A DNA stretch of 64,000 nucleotides from Lacunisphaera sp. GTDB taxonomy: Bacteria; Verrucomicrobiota; Verrucomicrobiia; Opitutales; Opitutaceae. This document shows, piece after piece, positions 28,986 to 37,604 of this stretch. The position numbers and the translations under genes were made by a program. The stretch is from the NCBI GenBank assembly GCA_035496355.1, contig DATJES010000038.1:4337-68336 (forward strand), given 5' to 3'. Each line of letters opens with the position of its first letter. Position 1 is the first letter of the stretch. The notes beneath the pieces are model-generated. The model made no database searches, had not been told where the DNA came from, and saw only the letters and a program-made list of their open reading frames with translations.

Positions 28986-30260
28986 TCAGTTCTTCGGCGG
29001 CCGGGCTCCGGTGCGGAGCGGCAGATCGCCCAGGTAATGGCCGATCCATGATTCGACCGGTACCCCGCGCGCGGGCTCGTAGTAGAATTGCCGGAAAACC
29101 TCGCTGCTGGCACTGGCGAGCGTGGACAGGTCGGGGGTGTTCCGGGCTGCGGCGATCCGACCGATAAGAGCGGGATCCGCCTTGGGATAGGCCTTCGGGT
29201 CCTGGAGATAGTCGCGCACGAAACGATCGACAAACTCGTAGTCAGCTTGCACGTAAAACAAACTGGCGAGCGCGGAGGCGTCTCCACTGGTGGCCGCTTC
29301 AGAAAGGAGTTCGCGAACCGCGGGGTCGTTGGTCACATAGAGTTCACGCCAGGCCTCCTGGATCACGTAAGGATCGGCCGGCTGGTCGCCGTTTTCCCCG
29401 CCGGATTTCTGCGCGGCGACCGCGGTGACAAAATTCAGGGCCGCTCGATCCCCGGCCAGGGCAAACATCGCCCAGGCGGCGGCGACGCGGGTCCGCATAT
29501 CTGTGGTGCTCTCGTAGGTCTCCTTGGCAAACGCGTAGCCATCGACCGACCCCAAAAGACCGAGGTTGCGCAGGGTCCCGGCGATCGTTTCCTCCCGCGC
29601 AGCTGCCTCGACGTAGGGCAGGAACTGGGGGTTGCCTTGAATGGCCATGATGCCGGCGACCCAGCGATTGCCGAACGCCTTTTGCAGGCCCAGCAACAAG
29701 TCGGCTGGGATGGCTTGCAGGTTTCGATCGAGCACGTCGGCGGCGTGCAGCAGTTCGGGGGCCGCTTCGCCCTGGGCATCCGGGGCCGCCCGCAGGATCT
29801 GCAAAAGGGTTTCGCGCCCGGCGGCCGAACCCAACGAAAAAAGGAGGTCCGCGGCATTGATGCGCACCTTGAGATCGGGATCGGTGAGGGCGGATTGGAG
29901 GACGCGAATGGCATCATCGCGCTTAAATCGAGGATCCCTCAGTTCGCTCAGCGCCAGCCAGCGTTCGCGTCCGTCGACGGCCTTCCGGAGTTTCTCCACG
30001 ACGCGGTTGATCGAAAATCGCTCCTGGTCACGAGCGATCGTCGCGGCTGCGAAGGCCGAGACTTCACCGCTATCCTGGCCACCGCCCAGCCCTCCGGCCA
30101 AAGGCGGTTTGTCACCGCGTGGCGGCGCCGACCCAGCTCGCGGCGCGGTGGATGAGCGCACCGCGGCCGGTATCGAGGGAGCCGAGGCGCGCCTCCAGAC
30201 GAGGAGTGCGGCAACGACGATGACCCCGGCAGCGAGAATGACGGATAGGGCCTTCTTCAT
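28986..30260 (-). CDS. membrane-anchored HEAT/armadillo-like repeat protein
   Basis: N-terminal anchor MKKALSVILAAGVIVVAALLVW. HEAT-like units (DDAIRVLQSALTDPDLKVRINAADLLFSLG). Sits 3 nt downstream of the HAF-repeat gene. Confidence 0.55.
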   Translation of the reverse strand: MKKALSVILAAGVIVVAALLVWRRASAPSIPAAVRSSTAPRAGSAPPRGDKPPLAGGLGGGQDSGEVSAFAAATIARDQERFSINRVVEKLRKAVDGRERWLALSELRDPRFKRDDAIRVLQSALTDPDLKVRINAADLLFSLGSAAGRETLLQILRAAPDAQGEAAPELLHAADVLDRNLQAIPADLLLGLQKAFGNRWVAGIMAIQGNPQFLPYVEAAAREETIAGTLRNLGLLGSVDGYAFAKETYESTTDMRTRVAAAWAMFALAGDRAALNFVTAVAAQKSGGENGDQPADPYVIQEAWRELYVTNDPAVRELLSEAATSGDASALASLFYVQADYEFVDRFVRDYLQDPKAYPKADPALIGRIAAARNTPDLSTLASASSEVFRQFYYEPARGVPVESWIGHYLGDLPLRTGARPPKN

Positions 30261-30263
30261 GGG

Positions 30264-32621
30264 TCAATGAGTGTCAACCGGCGGCGGCGGACCGGGCCAC
30301 GTGGAGCTGCCACTGTTCAGGAAGGCGGCTAGCTGATCGTCAATGGACAAGTGCCCGCCGGGAGCCAGCGCGAACCGCCGGCGTTCGTCGCCATAGTCTC
30401 GGACGTATATTCGAATATCATTGAAGTGGGATGTGCCTGTGACGGTTCCGGCTTTCCAACTCGAGTCCACACTCAAGTTGATTCGGGAATCGGAGTCCCG
30501 CCCGTCCGGTCCGAGGGCGGTAATGATGTTGGCGAAGATATATGGGGCGTCCCGCTGAAACAGGGCATAATTGGGCACTCGGCCCTCGAGCCCGACCCGG
30601 CCGGCGACATAGTAGCTCACTGAGTCGTTGGCGGAATTGATGACCAACCTTCCGCTGGCTGGCGCCGTTTCAGAGGTGATAAAGCTTTGTTCGCTGTTGC
30701 CTTCCAAGTCCCACTCAACACCCCGGGCACTGACGCTGAATTGGCGAAGTTTCTGCGGCGCCTGCTGGAATTTCGTCGGACCGACATCCCACCCACCATC
30801 GAGCAATTTTATCGAATCGACATCGATCTTGCCACCAGTGCTCAGCCGGTAGCGCAGCTGGCCTTGGATATACATTCGATACGAGCGTTCGGACAACAAG
30901 TTGTCCAAATCTTCACCGGCTACAAGATTGTCCAAGGAAACCAAGTCCGGGAAATCGTTGAGGAGGCCTTGAACCATCCAGTATTTGTCCTCGATGTTCG
31001 CCGGTCGCAAGGGCGTGTGGGCTGGTGTTTTCAGGCCTGTGACGTCGCCGTAATTCGCAAATTGAAATCCAGTCCATATCTTCGCGTTAATATCCAGCGG
31101 AAGGCCAAGCAGCAGGAGTTTGCTGGCGGCAGAGATGAAGCTTTCTTTTGGCGCCAGGTAGCTGGAGACTAACGCCGATTTCAGGATGAGTTGTCTGGCC
31201 AAGCTCAGTTCGTAGTCATTGACTGGTTTGATCTGGCCGACGACCAAGTAATCCGCGGTGCGCCAACCGACGACTTGGGTAGATGTCAATGTGATGGCCG
31301 GGGCAGCTGGAGGAGTAATGACGCACCTGAGTTCGTAAGTCCCAGGCGGCCAGTCGAGCTTAGCGTCGAGCAGAGACCAGGAGGTCACATCCACACCTTC
31401 TGGGCCTTGGATTGTCTGATGGGTGAGTCCAGCGGTTTGGACGGCCGACCATTTGAACGAAGCCCCCGGCGGTGCATTCTCGACGCGCCAGGCGACAAGA
31501 TCGCCGGTGTTTTGGCCGGCATAGACCGGTTCGGCCTCCGCGAGAGGCACGTTGCTGCTCCATCTGGAGAACGGGTCGTCGCGGTTCACGAAGGAAGTCG
31601 AGATTTTTGGTTCGGCCAAAGCGCCGGGAGAAATGATAAAGCCGCGCCACGCACCGTTGTGCCGACCCTCGCCGGCGATTTGGCCGGCTTCATTGACGGC
31701 GTAAAGATTCAGGCGATCCCAGCCGGAACCGTTCGTCACCAAGGGCAGCAGATCGGCGATTTCGAAATTACCGGTGGAATTCTTCAACCAGATTACCGCT
31801 CTGGTGTCTGCATTTCCCACGACCACGCCCGCATTATTCAAGGCGGAGGCATATACATTTTGAGCACCTGGAGGTATTGGCAACGCCTGTGTTCCTGAGC
31901 TCGCGTTCCAGATGAACGATCTTGTGCCGTTACTGGTGCTGTAAGTTCCGACAACGTCTCCGCGATCATTGATGCCCCAAGCATCGCCTTGGCCGATGTT
32001 GCCGGCCGGGAGAGGAATAAGAGTTGGTGTCGTGAACAACCAATAGACCGGACGGCGGCCATTCGGCCCAATGGAAGCGCCGGCGGAAGAGCCGAGATTG
32101 TTGATGGCCACGGGACGGGCTTCATAGTCGCCAGGCAGGAAACTGAACGAATTGAAGGTTCCAGCTTGCCAGCGATACCCGGCGGAGGCGACGCCCCCAA
32201 GCCCGACGACCACGCCGGAGTTGTTCATCGCGTAGGCTTCGCTGATATATTCGCCTGCCGGCGGTATGATCGGCTGCATGGTCGTACCCTGCGAAAAGAA
32301 CGCGCCGGAATTGCTTACTGTCGGGAAGAAATCACCGGCCGCTTGACCGAAGTCATTGAGGGCGTACGTCACACTGAACTCCGCGGCAATTGACTGAATG
32401 TTAGCCGGCAGGCCTTGGGTCCAAATTACGGCGCGGCTGCCGGAGTATCCCGCCGCCTGGCCGGATTCATTTAAGGCATAGGCGCCACAGTAGGTGTCGT
32501 CGGCCAACGGTGGGAGTTCGGCGATCGTATAGGGTTGGGCGGAAGCCAACCCTTGAGATGCCAGAAGAAGGAGGCACGCGATGGCGGTGCTTATAGCCTC
32601 CGTAGAGGATCTTGAATGCAT
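30264..32621 (-). CDS. secreted HAF-family extracellular repeat protein with an unknown C-terminal domain of about 400 aa
   Basis: Start trimmed to ATG 32621 (signal AIACLLLLASQGLASA). At least 7 repeats of the HAF type (AYALNESGQAAGYS, TYALNDFGQAAGDF, AYAMNNSGVVVGLG, AWGINDRGDVVGTY, ASALNNAGVVVGNA, LYAVNEAGQIAGEG). Confidence 0.75.
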   Translation of the reverse strand: MHSRSSTEAISTAIACLLLLASQGLASAQPYTIAELPPLADDTYCGAYALNESGQAAGYSGSRAVIWTQGLPANIQSIAAEFSVTYALNDFGQAAGDFFPTVSNSGAFFSQGTTMQPIIPPAGEYISEAYAMNNSGVVVGLGGVASAGYRWQAGTFNSFSFLPGDYEARPVAINNLGSSAGASIGPNGRRPVYWLFTTPTLIPLPAGNIGQGDAWGINDRGDVVGTYSTSNGTRSFIWNASSGTQALPIPPGAQNVYASALNNAGVVVGNADTRAVIWLKNSTGNFEIADLLPLVTNGSGWDRLNLYAVNEAGQIAGEGRHNGAWRGFIISPGALAEPKISTSFVNRDDPFSRWSSNVPLAEAEPVYAGQNTGDLVAWRVENAPPGASFKWSAVQTAGLTHQTIQGPEGVDVTSWSLLDAKLDWPPGTYELRCVITPPAAPAITLTSTQVVGWRTADYLVVGQIKPVNDYELSLARQLILKSALVSSYLAPKESFISAASKLLLLGLPLDINAKIWTGFQFANYGDVTGLKTPAHTPLRPANIEDKYWMVQGLLNDFPDLVSLDNLVAGEDLDNLLSERSYRMYIQGQLRYRLSTGGKIDVDSIKLLDGGWDVGPTKFQQAPQKLRQFSVSARGVEWDLEGNSEQSFITSETAPASGRLVINSANDSVSYYVAGRVGLEGRVPNYALFQRDAPYIFANIITALGPDGRDSDSRINLSVDSSWKAGTVTGTSHFNDIRIYVRDYGDERRRFALAPGGHLSIDDQLAAFLNSGSSTWPGPPPPVDTH

Positions 32622-32936
32622 GGGCCGAGTCCGATCGATGGAAATATCCAACCACCCGGAGGTGTCTGGCGGCCCGCCGGCTGCGAAAGAAGGAGAACTC
32701 GTGGTATCAAGACAATCCGGCAAATGGCCCTAACAGCGGGGATATATCAGGATCGTCTTCGACGACCGCATCGAGCACCAGGCAATCGCAAGGACCAGCC
32801 CCGGCGCGTGCAAATCGCCAGCTTCCAGGCAGGGCCGGCGCGCCGGGCCGCGACAGCAAACGGCCTGCCGGCGAGCGGTGGCCCTACAGTTCAAGCGACA
32901 AAGCGCAGCGATCCTATCGAGCGGGAAACGGGAGAT

Positions 32937-35936
32937 TTAGTCCTCCTCGGGAGGCGTGAAGCCGCGGCGGAGGACATTCTCGGCGATGAGGCGCGGGAAG
33001 AGGAAGTTTTCGAGGTACTCGCGGCCGCCGGCCTTGGTGCCGCCGCCGGACATCTTGAACCCACCGAACGGGTGCCGCTGGACGATCGCACCCGTGCAGC
33101 CGCGGTTGAGGTAGAGGTTTCCGACGAGGAATTCCTGCTGCGCACGCTCGAGTGCCCGCGGGCTGCGGGAGAAGAAGCCGCCGGTGAGCGCGTAGTCGCA
33201 CTGGTTGGCCATCGCGAACGCCTCGTCGAGGTCCTTTGCCTTCAGCACCGACAGCACCGGCCCGAAGATTTCCTCGCGGACGATCTTGTGTGTGACCTTG
33301 CAGTCGGTGAACACGGTCGGCGGCACGTAGTAGCCGCCGCTGGCGACGGCCTCGGGCGAGAGCCGCGCCTGCCAGGCGAGCTTCGCCTCCTTCTTGCCGG
33401 CTTCGATGTAGCCGAGGATCGATTTCTGCGCGGCCTCGTCGATGACCGGGTTGACGATGGTGCCGGGCAGGGAAGGGTCGCCCACCGGCAGCGCCGAGCA
33501 CGCGGCGACAAATCGGTCCATAAAGCGATCGTAGACGCCCTCGAGCACGATGAGTCGCGACAGCGCCGAGCATTTCTGGCCGGCGAAACCGAACGCGCTG
33601 TAGAGCGCGGCCGGAATCGCCTCGTCGAGGTCGGCGTCGTTGTCGATGATCATGGCGTTCTTGCCGCCCATCTCGCAGACGACCTTCTTGAGGTTGAGCT
33701 GGCCGGGTCGGGTCTTGCCCGCTTCCTCCCAGATGCCGCAGCCGACCTCGCGCGAGCCCGTGAAGGCGATGAAGTCCACCTGCGGATGCGCCACGAGATG
33801 CGCGCCGGCGTCGGCGCCGGAGCACGGGAGGTAGTGCAGCGCGCCGGGTGGTGTGCCGGCCGCCATCATGATGTCCATGAGGAACGCGCCGATGATCGAG
33901 GTCTGCCGCGCCGGTTTGATGATGACGCAGTTGCCGGCGACGAGCGGGGCGACGGTGAGGCCGGTGAGGATCGCGAGCGGGAAGTTCCAGGGCGCGACGG
34001 CGACGCCGACGCCGCGCGGCGTCCAGGTCTGGATGCAACGTTCGCCCGGCACATGCTGCGTCACGACTGGCTTCGCCATCCGGCGCATCTCGACGGCGTA
34101 GAAGCGCAGAAAGTCGATCGCCTCGGACACGTCGCCATCGGCCTCGACCCACGGCTTGGCGCCCTCGAGGATCAACAGCGAATTGAGCTCGAGCCGGCGC
34201 GATTCCATCAGGTCGGCGGCGCGCTCAAGGATTTTTGCGCGTTCATCGGCGGGCGTGGCGCGCCATTTCGGAAAGTAGGCGACGGACGCAGCGACGGCGT
34301 CGTCGGCATCCTGCACGGTGCCCTTGGCCCAATAGCCAACGACCTGGGCCGGTCGTGCCGGGTTGACCGACGGCAGGAATGGCCGGTCCGTGACCTTTTT
34401 GCCGTTGATGATGCAAGGCCATTTTTTGCCGAGCTGGGTCGCCTCGAACTGTTTCAAGGCGGTGCGCTGCTTGTCGCGGTTGGCGGCGAGGGAGAAATCG
34501 GTGTTGGCGGCGTTGATGAACTCGCCCTTTGCGCGCGGTTTGCGCGCCAGCGGTTCAGACGCCGCGGCGATGGCGTTGACCGGGTTGCCGAGGAGCTGCT
34601 CCTTTGTCGCCTCACCCATGTTCTTGATACGGAGGAAGCCCTCGTTGGACGTGTTCTCGAGGAGGCGGCGGACGAGGTAGGCCATGCCCGGCAGCAGCTG
34701 GCCGATGGCGCAATATTCGCGGACGCGATGGCCCATCTGCAGCAATGCAGCCTTCAACTCATCGGCCATGCCGAAGAGCGCCTGGAACTCGTAGGCGCGA
34801 GGGTCGATGCCGAGGCGCTCGGCCTGCACGATCGCGTGGGCGCAGGATCGGACGTTGTGCGACGCGAAATTCGGCGTCACGACGTCGATGTTCTCGAGCA
34901 GGAAGACGGTCAGCTTCTCGTAATTCGCGTCGGACTCGGGCTTGCGCTGCCACACCGGTGCGGGCCACTCGCGCTGCTGGGCGATGATGGTCTCGTAGTC
35001 CCAGTACGCGCCCTTCACGAGGCGGATGCTGAGGCGACGCTGGCGCTGGCGCGCCCAGGCGACGAGATCGCGCAGGTCGGCCTCGCAGTCGCGCAGGTAG
35101 GCCTGGAGCGCGATGCCGATGGCGGGCTTTTGCGCGAACTCCGGCTCCTCGAAGATCGACTTGAAGAGCGCGAGCGTCAGGTCCTTCAGCTTGTAGCTCT
35201 CCATGTCGAAGTTGATCAGCGCGCCGACCTCGGCGGCACGGCGCAGGATGGGGCGGAGGCGCTCCTTGAGGGCGGCGATGGAGTTTTCCGGATCGGCGGG
35301 GTGGACGTCAGGCGTGAGCGCCGAGATCTTGACCGAGAGGTTCAGCCGCGGGAGCGGTCCGGCTGGACCGACGTCGCTGAAGGCCGGCGCGGGCTCCTTG
35401 GCGAAGAACTTCGAGACCGAGTCGAGGATCTCGAGGTTGCGCTGGAGGAAGACATCCGCCTCGGCGTCGTTGACGACGGTCTCGCCGAGGAGGTCGATCG
35501 TGGTGGCGAGCCCGAGCTTGGCGTTCTTCTTGATCTGCTTGATCAGGTCCTCGCCGGTCTCGCCGGCCACGAACTGGCCGGCCATGTCGACGATCTGGGC
35601 TTTCACCGGCCCGGCGACGAGCGCGGGCGCGAAGGACGACGCGGCCAGGCCGGCCTTGAGCGCCGGGTTCAATTCGACGGCCTTGTCGCCGAGGTATTCC
35701 TGCAGGTGGCGGACGATCTCGGCGGAGCTGTCGAGCGAGGGCAGCACATCGACGAACCGGAAGAGCTGGGTCTTGAACGCCGGGTCCTTCATCGACCAGT
35801 CCATCAGGCGCGCGTAGGCACCTTTCTTGGAGAACAAGGCCGGCGGCGGCTGCTGGTCCATGAGGGCGAAGATTTTTTCGCCTTTCGCGCGGACGGCGGA
35901 TTCGATTTTGGGGTCGGGAACGAGGAAGTTGCTCAT
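32937..35936 (-). CDS. putA: bifunctional proline dehydrogenase / L-glutamate-gamma-semialdehyde dehydrogenase
   Basis: 999 aa from ATG 35936. N-terminal PRODH barrel (RLVKGAYWDYE) plus an ALDH domain (FTGSREVG, EMGGKNAMIID, GQKCSA). No N-terminal RHH DNA-binding domain is visible. Confidence 0.95.
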   Translation of the reverse strand: MSNFLVPDPKIESAVRAKGEKIFALMDQQPPPALFSKKGAYARLMDWSMKDPAFKTQLFRFVDVLPSLDSSAEIVRHLQEYLGDKAVELNPALKAGLAASSFAPALVAGPVKAQIVDMAGQFVAGETGEDLIKQIKKNAKLGLATTIDLLGETVVNDAEADVFLQRNLEILDSVSKFFAKEPAPAFSDVGPAGPLPRLNLSVKISALTPDVHPADPENSIAALKERLRPILRRAAEVGALINFDMESYKLKDLTLALFKSIFEEPEFAQKPAIGIALQAYLRDCEADLRDLVAWARQRQRRLSIRLVKGAYWDYETIIAQQREWPAPVWQRKPESDANYEKLTVFLLENIDVVTPNFASHNVRSCAHAIVQAERLGIDPRAYEFQALFGMADELKAALLQMGHRVREYCAIGQLLPGMAYLVRRLLENTSNEGFLRIKNMGEATKEQLLGNPVNAIAAASEPLARKPRAKGEFINAANTDFSLAANRDKQRTALKQFEATQLGKKWPCIINGKKVTDRPFLPSVNPARPAQVVGYWAKGTVQDADDAVAASVAYFPKWRATPADERAKILERAADLMESRRLELNSLLILEGAKPWVEADGDVSEAIDFLRFYAVEMRRMAKPVVTQHVPGERCIQTWTPRGVGVAVAPWNFPLAILTGLTVAPLVAGNCVIIKPARQTSIIGAFLMDIMMAAGTPPGALHYLPCSGADAGAHLVAHPQVDFIAFTGSREVGCGIWEEAGKTRPGQLNLKKVVCEMGGKNAMIIDNDADLDEAIPAALYSAFGFAGQKCSALSRLIVLEGVYDRFMDRFVAACSALPVGDPSLPGTIVNPVIDEAAQKSILGYIEAGKKEAKLAWQARLSPEAVASGGYYVPPTVFTDCKVTHKIVREEIFGPVLSVLKAKDLDEAFAMANQCDYALTGGFFSRSPRALERAQQEFLVGNLYLNRGCTGAIVQRHPFGGFKMSGGGTKAGGREYLENFLFPRLIAENVLRRGFTPPEED

Positions 35937-36401
35937 GGGAATCGGCGCTGCGGCCGAATGGAGTTGTTTGGCTCCAAGGTGCCTCCCGGCAGAAAAGATG
36001 GCAAGGTCGGCGCGGTCACCCAAACGGAGCAAAACCCGTTCTTATTGCGGATGTAAGCATGGCGGCCGGCGAGTGGCGAAGGTCGCGCGGCCTGGGCGGG
36101 AATTCAGGGCCGCTCGATGCGGCTACAGCAGAGGTGGGAGCCTGCGGGCAGGCGAAGGGCTGGTGTCGATCCCGCAACATCGCCGGCCAGTAGGCTCCGA
36201 CAATACGCGAGCCGCGACCAACGACGGACGCATTGGAAGCAACCCCAAACGGAGGAATTTTGCCCTCGACGAATTGCCAGTCCGCGCCGTCCGATATCCA
36301 CCCGGGCGAGCGCCTTGAGCACTCGCTTATGGGCTTGGCGGATCGGGTTTTGCGTGGCAGGAGGATTATGCAACTCTGCCCCGGCACGCCGTGTTCTAAG
36401 C

Positions 36402-36998
36402 GTGAATGAAGATCCCACAGTGCACACAACCACTAACGAAGGCGTAACCAGCCCGCCGGACTTCACCACCTTCATGCGCAACTACCAGGACATGGTCTAT
36501 TCCACCGCGGTGCGGCTCATCGGCAACGAGACGCAGGCGGAGGACATTGCCCAGGAGGTGTTCATCAAAGCCCACGAGCATTTCGACAACCTGCGCTCCA
36601 GCCCGACGGCGGGCGGCTGGCTGAAGACCGTGGCGACGAACCTTTCGATCAATCACATCCAGCGCTACAAGAAGCGCTGGACCTTCTTCTCCGACATCGT
36701 CCATCGCGACGACGAGGGCGAGGAGAAGGAAGTCGAGTTCGCGGCGCCGGACAATTTCTTCGCCGGCATGGACTCCGGCGAGCGCCGGGAGTGGATCGAG
36801 CGGGCGCTGGAGAAGCTGCCCGAACACCAGCGCGTCCCGCTCGTGCTGTTTCATTTCGAGGACATGCCCTACGAGGAGATCGCCAAGAAGACGCGGGTCT
36901 CGCTCAGCAAGGTGAAGACGGACATTCTCCGCGGCCGCGAGGCCCTCGCCAAGATTCTGCTCCGCAGCGGAGCAACCCACGAACGTTTCGCCACCTGA
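36402..36998 (+). CDS. ECF (sigma-70 family) RNA polymerase sigma factor
   Basis: Region 2 (YQDMVYSTAVRLIGNETQAEDIAQEVFIKA, GWLKTVATNLSINHIQ) and region 4 (LPEHQRVPLVLFHFEDMPYEEIAKKTRVSLSKVKTDILRGR). Start guessed at GTG 36402. Confidence 0.85.
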   Translation: MNEDPTVHTTTNEGVTSPPDFTTFMRNYQDMVYSTAVRLIGNETQAEDIAQEVFIKAHEHFDNLRSSPTAGGWLKTVATNLSINHIQRYKKRWTFFSDIVHRDDEGEEKEVEFAAPDNFFAGMDSGERREWIERALEKLPEHQRVPLVLFHFEDMPYEEIAKKTRVSLSKVKTDILRGREALAKILLRSGATHERFAT

Positions 36999-37007
36999 GG
37001 ACAAGCC

Positions 37008-37604
37008 ATGAACCCGGAAAAGATGTCCCCTGAGGAACTCGAGCAATTCATCCACCGCGAACTCCGCGCGCTGCCGGCGCGGAAGGCGCCGGTCGGATTC
37101 GAGGCGCGCTTCCAGGCCAGGCTCGCGGCGCGGCAGGCGCAGGCGGCGCTGTCACCCGAACAACTGGAACAGCTCGTCCACCGCGAACTGCGCGCTCTCC
37201 CGCCGCGCCGGGCCCCGCAAACACTCGAGGCCCGCGTCCTGGCGGCGATCGAACGGCAGGCGACGATCCCGTGGTACCACCGGTCGTGGTCGTACTGGCC
37301 GGCCCCGGTCCGCGCGGCCTTCGTCGGCGTCGGCACCCTGGTGGCCGCGCTCGCCGTGGTCGCTTTCTACCAGATGAGCCAGGGCGCCGCCGTCGCCTCG
37401 GTCGACCAGCGCATCGGCGCCGGCTTCGACTGGATCGGGCGGCTCGTCGCGGCGGGCAAGTGGACCGTCAATCTCGCGCAGCAGCAGATCGCGAACATCC
37501 CGCCGCTCTGGCTGTATGGCGGCCTCGCCTTCATCGGCGCCATGTACGCCACCTTCATCGGCCTCGGCACGGCCGCCTACCGTTACCTCTATCGCAACAA
37601 CTAA
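37008..37604 (+). CDS. putative anti-sigma factor (membrane protein) with an internal duplication
   Basis: Lies 9 nt after the sigma gene. The N-terminal cytoplasmic region has two copies of SPE(E/Q)LEQ(F/L)(I/V)HRELRALP(A/P)R(K/R)AP, followed by 2-3 TM helices. Confidence 0.6.
   Translation: MNPEKMSPEELEQFIHRELRALPARKAPVGFEARFQARLAARQAQAALSPEQLEQLVHRELRALPPRRAPQTLEARVLAAIERQATIPWYHRSWSYWPAPVRAAFVGVGTLVAALAVVAFYQMSQGAAVASVDQRIGAGFDWIGRLVAAGKWTVNLAQQQIANIPPLWLYGGLAFIGAMYATFIGLGTAAYRYLYRNN

Noticed and set aside
32616-36056. 1146-aa plus-strand ORF antisense to putA
   Set aside because: Same artefact: low-complexity Arg/Gly/Asp/Glu/Leu content with no domain signature, while the opposite strand is full-length PutA.
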